DNA of 64,000 nucleotides from Psilocybe cubensis (GCA_017499595.2 CM039008.1:2852001-2916000); one strand, 5' to 3'. Shown: positions 1-14,324, counted from the stretch's first letter. Program-made: numbers and translations. The notes: generated by a model not told the origin, from the sequence alone.

Positions 1-405
1 CCCAAGTCTAGGTCTGATTGTTTTCTCTTTGGTTTGTTGCTCCTGGAGTCTGAGCCTTGTCGTATGTTGACCATTTAACTGTACACGAGAGGACACACGA
101 GCCAATGTTGTCCAATGGTGCACAACCCGACTATTTGAGCAACGCGTGCACCCTGCACGCGGTTCCACCACGGACTCAGTGGTATCGCAGGATTTGGACA
201 GAAGAGGAACTTTGAATCGAATATTATTTCCCGAGAAAAGAAATTGGTTTCCGATAAAAGCATGGTATACATCTTCACGCTACACGGTCCCCTAGACAAA
301 TATGCATATCTCTCAGTTCTGACTTTTTTCAGTGAAACTGCTTTTACGTTAGGAGACCCTCAAAGGTAAGGTAATTCCGTATATTAGGTGGTCTTGAGTG
401 TTGAA

Positions 406-2010
406 TTATCCGAACCGCAATGTGGTGGAATACTGTGTGCTTGAATGGTTCGTTTCTTTTATCGCGGCCAAACGCAAATTCAAAAGAATTCTGTTGCCCA
501 AAATAGACGATATCGCCATCAAAAAGGATGTCGGGGCTTCCAGTATGATCTGTAGAGGGACGCGTCAGTAAATCACCTAGAAGATAAATTTTGTGACTAA
601 CGGGGGCATATAGCCACCACAATATGCAGATAGAATATGCGGCGGCAATACTAGTAGCAAAAAATTAATGTTCGTTGCAAAAAAGTGCTGAATGTGTAAT
701 ACCAGCATGAATAATTAAACGCACCAAATGAAGTACATGACAGAGTCCCGAACCATGATTCTCAACAGAGACTGGCCACGGATGCGCAGGGTCGCCTCGG
801 GCAATGATTCACTCTCCCTGTATGCTTTGTAGACTGCCATTGCGCAGAGCAGGGTTTCGAAGGCTAGTGGAGGGGCCCAGAATCTGGCGAACGTACGGAA
901 CTGTCCTTCCATGGGAACGCAGTATGTGCCGCCTGGGACATTGACGACCTGAACTAAATGTAGTAAAAATTACACAAGCAGTTGGTGAGGAGGGTAATGT
1001 TGATAGGTAAATATGTACCCTTTGGGATTGAAGTCATCAGGAACCAGAGATCGACGGATGAGGTTACTGCGCAGCCAATTGCCATACCGAGGAGAACGAG
1101 TTTACTGGAATTATATAGAGCATATATCCGTATTTGTAGAATAACTTGGATAAACATGTGAACTGGAGATAGAATCCGACCTACGACTTGATGTATAAAG
1201 AAGGACACACCTTGGTTAACTAGCGGGATTAGGAATAACGTAAATGCCTGCCATAGACCGTCTTGATCACCTAGTTCGAATGGGCGAGAATGATTTCTGA
1301 TAACAAATATGCCAGTGAACCCGGACTTACAACTGGAAAGATGTGTTTTCAGCATTTTCAGTTTTCACTTAATCATTAGTTTGGTCTAAATTTACGCACA
1401 ACTGGAAACGACATGTTATTATACTATAAGAGTGCGGGACAAATCGTCAGGAGATGACCCACCTTCTGTGTCACTCGCAAGGATGTGGACTCTATGCATG
1501 TTCAAAGCCCTTGTCAACCACTACATAAGGAAGTTATTACACACCATACATCTCTATCCTGAGATTCCAGTGGTGGTAAGAACAATGAAAATCGGAGAAG
1601 AAGAGGAGCCTACACTGCCGTACCCAGAACGTAATATCGATTCTGAAGATTTTGTTTGTTGACATCCATTGCGTCGCAGAGTAGACAATAGGAGTACTTA
1701 CAAGGAAATATATTGCTTTTACAGCGGACAGTCGGCCAGGCTGGACAGTGCGTTAAGCACAATGAAAACATGAAGACAGTGGCACGATTTTGTGAAGAGT
1801 CTCACCCAGAAGAGTTTTACCTCGCTTCCGAATGTAATTACTATTGTAGAGCAAATATGAGAGGGAGATGAAGATGAACTGAATAAGCTGCGAACCATAA
1901 TCGTAGATGTATAATACTACTGCAGCCACTGTAATAGGGTTGGCAGAGTGTGACCGTCAGTACAGTGAAAGGTATCTGTACCTGCCACGTACGTACCCTT
2001 GATGTATTGG
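406..2010 (-). CDS. DUF6533-type multi-pass membrane protein (multi-exon; 5' end unclear, possibly degraded)
   Basis: Spliced pieces read YIYDY|VITFGSEVKLFW, AIYFL|NRYY, ILQIRIYALYNSSK, PPLAFETLLCAMAVYK..MVRDSVMYF and SILGNRILLNLR, ending at TAA 406-408. These motifs are typical of this agaricomycete family. A possible frameshift lies near 1915-1935 and no clean ATG was found. Confidence 0.7.
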
Positions 2011-3378
2011 TTCTGCTTTATCGTGCAGACGGGCGGGAAACTCTAAAGCGATGGTAAATGGTCTTTGTTATCAAAATATTCAATCTTTACTTAGGGCTTT
2101 ATTCTGGTGTGCTGTCAAGCTTGCATTGATGAGACGTAGAGTTTGATTATTAAAGTGATATATTCATGCTGAGCGCTGAACGTGAACATTCAATTCGTGG
2201 GATTCGAAGTTACTTCAAGTTACTGATGCATCGCACATATAATGGCTCGTATTCAGTCATATTCAGAGCTTCAACATAATATTGGATGGTGCAGCCCTAT
2301 GAAGAAGACAATATGGATATATGTTCTTATATGTGAGTTTTCGAAAGCTAGTGCTAAATTGGCGAAGCTCAGCTGTGGGACATAAATTAGTCATTCTCAA
2401 AATAGGTCCAAACCTCGCATCAGTGAAACCGTTTGACAAGTCAGTCGGCGGCCCCAGCTGCTTTGACAGCTACTGGCGCGACTTGATACCGACAGTCTTA
2501 TTTTGCGACGCCAGCTACTTGTTTCATTCACAGCAGCCAAGCGTGTTAAATGGGAATGTTGTTTCTGTTATTAATAACTTCGTCGCAGAGTAAGGTGTTT
2601 CACATTTCCCAACCAGCCTGATCATCATCTTCTCGTTGAGATCCATACGCTGAGCTATATGGCTCCGCCCACCATCCCCGAATTTGGATTCCCATCTCGA
2701 AGTCATGGTGATGCGCGGCCCCGTCGGCGCGGGTTCAAGTGCGAGTTTTGGTAGTGATGTTGGTCGGTGCATGTTCCCCGAATTGTTTATGGTAAATTTA
2801 CACACATGAGTGGGTCCTTTGTAGTGCTGTGATGTGTGGAACTGTTAGTTAGAACTTGAGGGGGATGGCAGTTGTGGTATGGGTGCTTGCTTACTACTTT
2901 ATCCTCAATGGAAAGTGATTGAGAATGCACTTTTGGGTAGGCTTGATAGTATGTGATGATTACGTGAAGGGAAAAGCATACGTTAAAGCAGGATGGAAAC
3001 CATGACGGGTGCATAGTGGGAAATATAGGGACAATATATATCAGACTTCATCACAGTGTTAAAAGTCAAACTCATTGTTCATTGACCAGTTCCAAATTAA
3101 AAACTTGATAGCATGAGTTAACATAATTATACACGACAGGATAGCAGTGTACACTAGCAAGCAGTTTATAGAAGCCAGTACAAAATGAATTACATACAAA
3201 GCAGCAGCGAAGAAACAAAAAACATTGAACATGAAATGCATGTCAAATGTAGAATTGAATATTATCAAATTGTACATGTACTAATATTACTGAAAACATT
3301 ATGCTGAATAAAAAATACGTTTTTTGGAACCTCTTGCCAGTCTGTGAGCGCCACTATTAACGTGACCGCCTCCAGTCA

Positions 3379-5740
3379 CTAAGATGTTCTTGAATCGGAG
3401 TTGTGGCAACAGACCGTGGTCGATATTGAGATTCCCGGCCCGTGGCCAGGGAGTCTTGGAGTGCTTTGGTCCTCGAGTGGTGGGGGCACCAGGAAATCAG
3501 CGTGGTTAGCCCGCGTGCGACCTATTTTTGCGTGCCACGCATAAATGTCAATCAGTAAATTTGCGTGTCCTTCATATGACTTTGCGTGCAAAATGCTGGA
3601 TGTCGCGTGCGCATGATATGTAAATGCGTGCAGCGTCGTTGAAGTACCGTGCTATTTGCGTGCAACACTTTGTATAAAATTCACATGAAGAGTAGTGTAT
3701 GTTATGCTGTTTTCTGCAAAGAATGTAGTATGTTATGCATCCAGTTGTACTGAATGATTCATTCTCATCCAGATAAAGCTACTTAATTTAGGGTCTAATA
3801 ATGTTTTAGCGAGCCTTGATCCATTGTCTTAGCATAAGGGCTCAGCCTACAAAGCCGAGGCTAGATATTTCTGCCTTTAATTAACAGATCAGCTCAGGTT
3901 CAATCTGAAGCCGTTAGGAAAGGCTCAGCTCAGCATCTATGGATTAGGGGCGACATATGTTATTGGATGAAACTATCAATAGGGATACGGGTTTGGGAGA
4001 ACATTTTGATACTTACATCTATGCAGGAAGCTAGAGGAAATGGGTAGTTGGAATGTTACTTTAATATATCCTGTTTGTGCTTTAAAACACCCATTCCCAT
4101 TACAATGTCTAATGTTCGCCTCTTAGAGGAACAGGATTTTAATCCCTTGTATCCTCCATTATTCACTGTCTCCTTGCATTAGTAACCGACGGGGTTAGCC
4201 ACAACAAACTGGAGCGTAAACTCGGGACCGTCGGGGGGAGCGACACCGTTCGTTGTACAAATCCAGGAGATTCAAACCAACAATTCCTATACAATGACGC
4301 ACTAACACGGTTTTTGTCGTGCTTGAACGACTAAGAGGACCCGGTGCTACGAGTGCTCCGCCGCGCGCACTTTGGTTTGCATTTTGCATAGCTTGGATAC
4401 GGGATCCTTGTCACAGGGGCTTGATTTACTGTCGGATTTGGGGAAAGATTTTATTGTTGTCTTAACAAGCATCCTTCCCAGAGGGTAGGGTATTTGCATG
4501 GCACAATTTGTAATAGCATCTTTGAAACAGTGCCATCTTTAGTTTCACGTTTTAATGTCTTTAAGATCTTTGAAACATATATTTAATTGCGCATCCATAT
4601 ATATTTTACAGAGAATGCTCCAAAACGCATTATCTTGTACTCGCGTGCACGGTAAAATAGCTTGCGGGGCCGTCGCGTGCAGATCACCACTGTCTGCGTG
4701 TCGATTGCACGCATTTAGTTGGGTCGCGTGCCGTCGCGTGCCATCGCGTTTCATCGCGTGTACGTGGGAAAATGGGTTGCGTGCTGCTTGCGTAGCAAAT
4801 GCGTTCAATAGAGTGCACCTAGCGTGCTGTGGTGTCACGCTGGTGGTTGTTCAACAATATAAATGCATGTCAAAAAAGCAAAATTGTCGTTTTTCTTTCA
4901 AGTTGACGAAGTGATCGGATATTACCGATCATAAGCGGCTGCCGTTTGCAGTGCCGATGATCGTTTGCTGCCTCGGAGATTGATGCGAGGCACATGCCGA
5001 GGTTCACAGCATACGAAGCCGTGCCTCGAATTCATTGTATATAGGAATTTTGTAAGAATGATTCTTCGTTGAAGAATCATTCTTACAAAATTATACACAA
5101 AATTCCAATGTATTATAGACAATGTATTATAGACCCGTAAAGGCATTATTTAAATAAAACACAACATCAACCATGCAACCATCTGCATCCTGTTGGCACT
5201 GTTTGATACCCGTGTGATAGCTAGGCATGAACTGGTATAGCACAAGAGGATACTGTCATTGGCACATACCAAATATACATAAATGAGCGCTGACGAGAAC
5301 CATTACATTACAACCTTACGTGTGACACAACTGTGACATTGCGTGCAGAACATAGTTGTTGCGCAAAAATGCGTGTCACGCAGGCACACGCAAAAACGCA
5401 CGCACGCGAGCAGCCACGCTGATTTCTGTATGCCCGAGTGGTGGCGTTTCCGAACCGTGCGAATCTTGCAAGAATGGCCGGCCTCATAGTGCAGTTGTAG
5501 TATGGTGGCCGATTTATGCTCAACCTTCGTCTCTCCAAACGCTTTACTGCGTCCTTGGCCACTGGTTTCCGAGTAGGTGGCAGTGGTTCTGCGACTGGGA
5601 TGTTCTCCGACCTGCGAGTGGGAATGGGATGGCGGACTAATTTTCCCTCAGTTCGCGAGGGTCAGATGTGCGTGGCGGGATTAACGGGTATGTGGAGTGC
5701 CCATCCCATGGTGGTGTGCTGCTCTCTACCTTGACCACTT
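3379..5740 (-). pseudogene. Degenerate zinc-knuckle (gag-like) remnant split by the 3484-5435 element
   Basis: Joining 5436-5740 to 3379-3483 on the minus strand gives frameshifted PYYNC..EAGHSCK followed by PGHGPG, resembling eroded CCHC knuckles. Confidence 0.35.
3484..5435. mobile_element. Non-autonomous TIR DNA transposon, Mutator/MULE-like by its 9-bp TSD
   Basis: Imperfect TIRs: gggcaccaggaaatcagcgtggttagcccgcgtgcg from 3484 versus the reverse complement of the right end, gggcatacagaaatcagcgtggctgctcgcgtgcg. Flanking direct repeat GAGTGGTGG at 3475-3483 and 5436-5444. GCGTG-rich clusters at both ends and at 4640-4840. No transposase ORF. Confidence 0.8.
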
Positions 5741-6255
5741 CGATGATCTCCATTGATCGAATTTCTCTTGTTCCTTTGGTGTATTACTATGTTTCGAAGG
5801 AGTTTATCAAATGAAAATGGTTTTGGACAAGGACGACGCGTTATGTATTGATATGATGTGTGAGAGTATGGAAGATGGGTGGGCTTGGTGACCGACCTGA
5901 TACCAGATTAAAGGAGAGTTTATCAAAAAGATTTAGACTACACCTGGATTACTACGTTGGCCCGTTGGCCAAATGTGTTTCAGTTGTAAGTTTTGCACGC
6001 ATTATTCCCTGTTACCTGCGGCTGGCCCGGGCCAGCGTTAACTTTTTAAGGCAGAAACAGTGCAGCCACTGTGCATTTTGTGACAAATTTCCAATGTGGT
6101 TGTTATTTGCCTGTGCCTTGGTTGGTCTATTACAAGCTATAAAAGGGCGTGCATGGCAGGGATGCTGCTGTATTGGTTCATTTTATATCTTCTTCTAGCG
6201 GTCAATTGCAACAAATTTGAGGCTTTTGCTTTTCATTTCGCATAATAAAATCACA

Positions 6256-7803
6256 ATGGCATCAGTAACTCAATCGTCCCTCATTTTCCGCCTCAACGAA
6301 GACGTTCTCCGATACATATTTTCTCTTAACGCAAACGTTCCGGAATCATACAATACTACTCTCTGGTGGAGAAAGTCAGATGCCCCATTGACGGTTACAC
6401 GTAAATGCTCTCAAGTATGCCGTCAATGGCGTCATTTGATTCTCTCATCTCCCACTCTCTGGGCAGGCTGTTTAGATTTAGAGTTGCTGGAAGGTGGCAC
6501 CAATGAGTGGCGCAATGAGGTCGTCAGAAGAACGGGCAATTGTCTCCTCACTGTTATAGGCCCAATGCCTCCAATCCCAAGACACAACGAGTCCATGCTC
6601 GAATTCCTGGATCTTTTCATGGATACAAACTGGACGCGCATTCGTCGGCTTGTTGTCGACGAATTTTTGTATGATAATTGGGAAGAGCTGCTCAAACGAC
6701 CTGCACCAAATCTGGAACAACTTTGCATTGAGAACGAGGATATTGATAAACTCTTTTACGATATAAATGGCGGTACATTATTTTCTGGCACTTCTCCCAG
6801 GTCCCTTCGCAAGGTTCAAATATGTTTCCGGGTCACAATTGATCCATTTCATCCTTGGTACAGCAACCTCCGTCACTTTGATGATTTTTGCGTCGATAAA
6901 TTTTCTGCTTCACAGCTGCTGCATGCTCTACAGCTGCTAACACATCTTGAAACATTGGAGATTCGGAACAATCTCTCCGATTACCATGTCGACCAATCTT
7001 TAATACCTGTGAACATGCCAAACCTCACATCCCTCATTATTGAATCCAACATTATGACAGTGATTCCATTGTTGAGATACATTGTGACTGGGCCATACCA
7101 TTCCTTTCTTTTTGAGGATTTGGATCGCAATGATCATTTATCTCCAGAGGTTGTGACAAGCTATATGGATATTGGTGGTGCCTTGTCAACATTTCTTCGA
7201 CGACAGTCTTATCAACATCGCACCTTCCCGCACTTCTTCTATGACGAGAAGAGCGATATTGGGCAGTTCTACATAGGTGATGGGTCTGGACTGTTTTACA
7301 TAGACCTGGTGGTCAATGCAATTATTGGGTCCAACGATGGGGACAATTGGCCAGACATCGCTTCCCAGTTCAATGCTGCACTATTATCTGGACTAGCAGG
7401 TTCTGTTTTGGCTACTACAACACTTTCCCTAGAAATGTGTCGACTCCCATCGCATGTTGACTCTATGCTTGCCTTTTTCAAACAATTCAGAAATGTGATC
7501 AATCTGGAAACCGACGCGAAAACCCTCAAAATTATCAGAGAAGCAGAAAAAACTCACCAAGGAGGAGATCTTGGGAGCACAATACTTTTCCCCTCTGTGC
7601 GTCTTGTTAAGCTAAGCTACCAGCCTATTTTCAACGAAATAGAAATAAAAGAACTATTTCTGTTTGTCAAAGCTCGCAAGGACAATGCACTACCCCTAGA
7701 TAAAATTTCCATCTGCTATCCCATTTCAAAGACTATGAAGGAAGATACCTTGTGGAGAGATTTGGCCAGCGAGTATGACATACAAGTGGAATTTAGACCT
7801 TGA
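6256..7803 (+). CDS. Single-exon F-box / LRR(RNI)-like protein, copy A
   Basis: 528-codon ORF, first ATG at 6256. N-terminal LNEDVLRYIF..CSQVCRQWRHLILSSPTLW is F-box-like, followed by APNLEQL / LTHLETLEI / MPNLTSL repeats. TATAAAA at ~6138. Confidence 0.85.
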   Translation: MASVTQSSLIFRLNEDVLRYIFSLNANVPESYNTTLWWRKSDAPLTVTRKCSQVCRQWRHLILSSPTLWAGCLDLELLEGGTNEWRNEVVRRTGNCLLTVIGPMPPIPRHNESMLEFLDLFMDTNWTRIRRLVVDEFLYDNWEELLKRPAPNLEQLCIENEDIDKLFYDINGGTLFSGTSPRSLRKVQICFRVTIDPFHPWYSNLRHFDDFCVDKFSASQLLHALQLLTHLETLEIRNNLSDYHVDQSLIPVNMPNLTSLIIESNIMTVIPLLRYIVTGPYHSFLFEDLDRNDHLSPEVVTSYMDIGGALSTFLRRQSYQHRTFPHFFYDEKSDIGQFYIGDGSGLFYIDLVVNAIIGSNDGDNWPDIASQFNAALLSGLAGSVLATTTLSLEMCRLPSHVDSMLAFFKQFRNVINLETDAKTLKIIREAEKTHQGGDLGSTILFPSVRLVKLSYQPIFNEIEIKELFLFVKARKDNALPLDKISICYPISKTMKEDTLWRDLASEYDIQVEFRP

Positions 7804-9515
7804 GCTATCGAGGAAGACCGCGCAACTTTGATCTTTCTGAACCTGAACAATAATTTGACTATATTAAACTGTTTTAACTGTATATTTCGGATGTTATTAG
7901 ATATATTTAATACCATATGAGCTTTACGCGTTTTTCGAGTCCATTACAATGCTCCCAAATGTGACCAGCGTAGCAAGGCACATCACAGGGTAAGATAACG
8001 ATAAGCGATGGAATCAGAAGTACTGTACAGTCAACCGTAGCCTACTGTTCACACGCCGATCACGTTCGAGATCCAAACCGAAGGAGCCAGGGCTTGCCCA
8101 AGGCACCCCAAGTATTCCGTGTACAACGGTTTACTTGAACTACGCTGTCTAGTATTGATTGATCCTTGGTACCAAAATCCGAAGATAAAGTTTCTCATTC
8201 ACGGCTTCTGCAACTAGAAGCTAAGTTATCTTATCTTTCGTGAAACTACTACTCTCGCCAGTGGCTGCTTAAGCTGTGATTACCCGGCATGATCCGGCAG
8301 TGTTCGATTCCCTCCTCTCCATGTTGCAGCAGTTTTTTCTGTCACTGTTTTTTTGCCTTGCACTCGACCCACGAACATCATCACAAGGAAATTCATTTTT
8401 GAGCGCCTGTAATGAGCACATTTACATCAACACGCATGCTCTCATCCGTCCCCAATGTTGTGACGCTCAGCTCATTTTGGTGTGGCGTTCAGCGTTGAAT
8501 TCTGGGATGCTGGATCTTGTAGAGCAGAAAGTATGTGATGATATCTTCCATCTGTTGTTGTGGCATATAGTGATCGTGCAGACGGTCGCATTGTCTTGAT
8601 TCAGAAGCAGTTGCTGGTCGTTGTAACAGCGTTCACCTGGGAACACGTCCTCGTCAAGCGCATCTATCTGGTGCACTGTTGGGGCCGTACTGGTCTTTCC
8701 TCGGACTTCAAGAAGAATTCAACTGGATATGGAGACACTTCGACTCCAATACTCCCAGTTTTAGACAATTTACTTTAGCAGCAATACTACGCAAACCTCC
8801 AGGCTTCGCTTGCCTAGCGTGGAAATTACCAACGGCTCCGGGAAGCCGATCCGCAGGTTGATCGAAATTAAATCTCCGCTCAAATTTAGAGACCAATCAC
8901 AATGGAAGCACCGATGGTCCGACACCATCAACAATCATTTTTCACTATTTTTGTTATTTTTTGAACGCCCCTTTGACTTGAACAATCACCGATGCTCAAC
9001 GCTCAGCGCTCAAGCTAAAAATTGAAATCCCACATATCTTAAGTCTCTCTTTTAACTCAGACGGTCTCTCTGATCACCAGAAAAGCTTCAAACCTTTGTC
9101 AGATCCATTTAACCCCTGAGGTCTGAGGGACGAGAGTATTGTGCATTCGTCATCGCTGTTCGATGGCTCAGCTCGCATTCCATCGTTATGGTCCTGGATA
9201 AAGTCTTTGTTGTGGAAATATCCGACGCACTGTCAAAAATGCGGGTGCCAGTATGGGGCCATCGTCCTATTTCACCCAAGCAATGGATTGGCAGCCTGCA
9301 TCACATCCAATCTAACCTCTTGCAGGCGTCAGCCGCTCCAAGTCCCGATCCTTCCTTTATTTCTCTTCTGTGAGTGTATATGCTTAATCATATCTATATA
9401 TGAGGTAAAGTAGTTAAATACTGGGTATATATGTGGACCATATGTCTAAATACACCTTTGCTCCAAGTATTGACGCCCTGTAGTTCTACGACCTGAGTGG
9501 ACTTGAGCTTTGAGA

Positions 9516-11134
9516 TTATGTGGTATCCTGACTTTCAGACGTCACCAAGCCCGGAATAGGCACGCGTCCTTCCGAATATTGTGGTGGGATCTCTAACGCC
9601 TCCACTTCCAATTCCGCAATATCTGTATGTACTATTAGTCGTGGCGGGGATTTATATTGTTTGCGTAGATCAGAGTCCTCCGATGTTGCAACCATGGACG
9701 AGTAGCTTCTGAGAGTGCTGTGGCTAGATGTATCGAAGTATAATGTTGGTTCTGAGGCACTTGGAGGATATTGTGTCATTGAGTGATTTCGAGATAACCC
9801 GGAATGGAAAGATTTGTTTTCAACCCTATACTCGAGTATCATTTGCTGCTTTCTAGCATGCGCAGTCGTGCTTTCTACTTCGGACACATGTACGTCGGTG
9901 TATTTAGTAGGGACCATCAAGTAAGAATCCCCTTCTAGGGCTGGAGACCGTGCATGCTCGTATACGGGAGGATCAATTGGTTTCCTTGGTCCCATTTTCA
10001 CTGTTGGCCTTTGATTTCGGCGTCGCCTGATATAGAAAAATGAAAAGGTCAAGACAAGAATGAGAGTTGCCACCACAGCCACAACGCCTGCAACAAGGGG
10101 AGTGTGTGAATTTGATGTGGCACCAGGCGCCCCACTATGCAGAGGGTTTCCCGAAGACGATGCAGTCTCCAAACAGGATTGATCGTCAGAACGTGCAACT
10201 GCATCAACGGGCCCGGTTCCTCCATTCCTACCCTGAGAATCCGTCATGTAGAAAACAATGGATGTGCCCTCGGTGAGATTTACTGGATTCCATGAAAAGG
10301 ACGGCCCCTCGGGGGGATTAAAAATCAATGATGAACCTTGAGGTATAAATCCCTATCCACACGTGAGTCAATGTTGACATAATTCATGGTTTATTATTTT
10401 TACTTACAATTATTGTAACAGGTTGGATCGCGTCGGGATATTGGGTGAAAGGATAAGATCTGGATTCATAAAGAGATAGCATTGGAGACCTTTTAAACTC
10501 TAGAAAACATAATAGTAAAACGCAATTACTGGCACTGTGTCAGTTCCTGGTCTGTAGAGAAAAAGAAATCTGGAACTAATCAATAAAGAGATGATTAGAA
10601 CATTACACACATTATCACATATAAGAACGTACCATGATTGGTTATATCGCATTGTGCACCGCTGATTGATGGACCTACTTCAAGCACAGCAGTAATTCCT
10701 CCGGCAGTAATTCCACTTGCGTCGGATAGAGCAAAAATGACATGTTGATTCTCAGCTAGACGAAGCTGTGTTGTGAATGTCCCAGTATTGTGTGAAAATG
10801 CGGACGAAGGTATCGATATGTTTTGCAACCTTAGCGTTGGCTGTCATTTGTCGGAGAGTTATTTTTGCGATTCACACTCATTTAGAGAAACTATACGCAC
10901 CGGAATCACTAACAAATTGAACGGTGGTTGACCTCCTGCATTGCAGTGGAAAGTGTGCCGTGATATTGTAAGCTTGCAAAGCTCTCAGACGGAATTTTTC
11001 TCACCCGTCCATTGGATCGTTAAATCATCACATTGAGATGGATTGGTATTCGTGAAAGTGAAGGCATTCACAGCGAGTGGGACCAGGATGGTGGTCAGAA
11101 ATACCATGCATTCCCACCTTGCAACCACAAACAT
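9516..11134 (-). CDS. Secreted single-pass membrane protein (signal peptide, Cys-containing ectodomain, TM helix, cytoplasmic tail); multi-exon
   Basis: Signal-like VFLTTILVPLAVNA-FTFT..QCDDLTIQWTG|GQPPF. GT-AG introns. TM segment LVAGVVAVVATLILVLTFSFFYI followed by RRRR. Tail ends HTDI..EIPPQYSE. Confidence 0.8.
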
Positions 11135-14100
11135 TGTTTCTAGCTCGGCTCTTTGGAAATACAAAAGTCTGACTTCAGGTATGTGTCTTAACAAGGAGTC
11201 AGTGAATCTGTTCCAGAGTACTTGTGGAGGAATTCAGGTTAGAAGGTAAAGAGGACAACGAGGTATGAATGTCAGAATCAAAGCTGTTTAAGAGTTGACT
11301 GAAAAATCTGGTCGCCAGGAAAGGCTACTAATTATAGAAAGTGCGTCCGGCGCCGCAATGGTATAGGTTTCTCCAATCTACCGATCGAAGGCTCTGATGT
11401 GACTTATTTCTGGTGCATCTATCTTTGGGCAATTTGGTTCATGGCGCCTAAATTCCTGCAAACCGTCGTGGACGACAGATATCCTGTCTTGTACAATAAT
11501 ATGATTTGGATCTAAACTAAAAAACCATACTCATACCGAAGTCCCATAGGATCCATATAATACACCAGCGCTTTCATAAATCAAAGTATATATATATCAT
11601 CAACAACGTTGTAGGACTTGATCAGCGCCTATGATAGAACATTTCAGTATAGCGTCGTGATGAACAATGGTTGAGACCACTAAAGAGCTTCCACTGTAGC
11701 CTATCCATGTAGGAAGAAAAGGTCCATCCTTTACCATTTTAAATTTTTAAATTTAAATTTTTGTTGTATGGAATAAAATTGTTTGGCCGTTATTGAGTTG
11801 GACATTATAGATAAACGCGAAACCATCAATCAGCGTCGAGCGATGATGATGCAAATTCGGGTTTTCGGGTCACATAAATTTAAACCGCAGAAACTTATAA
11901 GCTGTGCAAAGTAAATTTGGGTTTGGAATATTGACATGGGCAAGTCGGGGGTCCCGTAAGAAAAATAGTTAGGTGTTTAACAACTGCAGTAAAAAACCGG
12001 TGGTCTATATACAATATATAAACATTATTTATCAATTCGCACCGGCTTACCTGCCTGGCTGCCGTATCATCCTTCACCGCCCCCTCCCCTTATACTCAAC
12101 CGACGTCGGGAACATTGTCTGCCCAGTATTTCTGACCCATAAACAGTCAGGTCCCTCAGGAATGCACAGTTGTTTGCCGTGAAGCACGGGAAGCTTGTGT
12201 TATTTTTTCATCAGTGTGAAGTATATACCTGTGTTGACACATAGTGTGCGTCTCTCCTGCTTTTGTTGCTCTCACTTATTCTTTCAGGGCGGTGAATATC
12301 AAAAGACTGCAGGCCAATATGTCATTGTTTTGTAGTGCGTTGTGCTGGAGATTTGAGGCGTGCAGGGTAAACGTGTTGTAAAGCGTTTGTGAGAAGCATG
12401 GTATTGGATGATAGGAGTACGGGTGGCTATTTTGATGGGTAAGCGCACCTGGTTTTGCGCTTATGTCGAAGACGAGGTGAGTTGGATGTATTGCGATACA
12501 TGTGCGAATCACGCCATTTCAGGAGGAGGTCTGGTGTTTTCGGGGACGTGCTTCGAACTCTTTGGTTGTGATATGTATCGTGCGTGTGCTCAGGGTTCGC
12601 CCTAACCTAGTTGCACATTGTCTCCTCGGCATGATATCTATCAATTTGATTGTCAACCAGATCTCAGCAACCAAAAGCCGATCGTTCCTTGTGCAACGTT
12701 TAACTGTCAAGGTTGCTCGTGCATTGCAACCCCAAAACATTTCGGCACTCGAAGAATCATAGTGCACTCTACCGCTCTGCCATCAGACCCTACCATCGGA
12801 CGCAATGGAACTTCACATCGATTCCCTAAAGTATCAACCAACATTCAAGAGGGGCGAGGGGGGTGTACTTCGTCATGGACATGCCATGACCGTCTCCTGG
12901 TCCCAGACACTTCCTTCTCCACAAGATCCAAGAACCCAGAGATCGATGCTACACACTGCATGAAAAGGAGTCAAACATCACGTCTCTCATTCGGGGCGGG
13001 GTGGCGGTGAAGGGCTCGATAATTTACAAAATAACAGAGACAATGATGTGTATAATATTGAACCAGGTCAGAACGGTTAGCATGCAACTTACACAGCATC
13101 AGTCTTGTGTATATTTCAATGGGACAACGGCAAGTTTCTCGCGCGGCACAAGTGAAGCTGAAGCGACAGGGAGAAGAGTGGGGCAAATGAGTGAAAACTC
13201 AATTGCCCGTCGACAGATAAACAAGGCGAGGTTAAAACAAAGGACAGTTCGTGAAAGCGACAAACACATTACGGTTCGCGAGAGGGAGGGAGGACATTCG
13301 CCAGTACTCGACTCATCCCAAATAATAACAAAGGTAAACGCACCTTGTCCATACAAGTATACCACAGGAAACGTCACATTCCAAATAAAATACTCTCACA
13401 TATTGCCTCTTTCAGCAACGAGCACATTTAGACGTGGTTGGGTGGCTAGGGCGCTGTTGGAGGTTCATCTATAAGGATAGTGATGGGAAGCGTGTGCCAG
13501 CGCCAGTTGTAGAAGTGGAGACAATGCTGTAGTGACGCGGAGAGGTTGTCCGGGCCGTGTAAGACACAACATTCAAACCACCTGCACAAATCGCTTGAAC
13601 ATCCCCTAACACACTCCGTAAAATCGAAATCCAACATGTATCCCGGTTCTATTTACTCACCAACACAAGGCCTCTCAAAAATTAGCTTCGGGGTTGCAGC
13701 CAAGCCGTTAATCTGTCACGACTTTGACTTTTAGCAGCCGCGCCTGTACTCAGAATTGCCCATCCACGTCTTCACTGCCAAACATTGCACCATTGGTTGT
13801 TATCCACGTCGTGGCGGCCATCAATAGAAATATAAACCAAGGAAAGGGACGAATGGCGAGGGCATGGCCAGAGAAAAGCATACTAAGGCGCCTGTGTCTA
13901 GCATCTGGAAGATGATAAAAGAACCGCGGGTGAGGAGATCCAATGGGACGCAGTTAGTAAAAGATGTTGGATTTTGCGCTAGCCAGTGCCAGTGAGAGTG
14001 TGAATATAGATAATTCGTGAGAGGCGGCGAAATATGTGTTTCCCTAGTCCTGGTGTTCTTAGGTCAAGTCCATGTCAGAAAAGAGCTGGAAGAACCAAGG

Positions 14101-14324
14101 AAGGATGAAAACGGAGAATCGGACACTGACGGGTCACGCCGGGTCGACGTCACGAGTGTTACGTTACCTAATCCATCACTGACCAACACCCCTATTTCGT
14201 GCGGGTAAGGTAACAGAGGAGGAAATTGACATAGAGTGGTTTCATGCATACGACGGTACAAGGAAATATATTCAATAAATACAGAAAGGCCAAATAAAAG
14301 AGAAATACAAATATTATATGATTG

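Noticed and set aside
8276-9413. Possible decayed retroelement or gene remnant
   Set aside because: No recognisable motif or terminal structure.
12276-13500. Cys-rich short ORFs (PHD-like WMYCDTC)
   Set aside because: Incomplete ligand pattern and no consistent exon chain.
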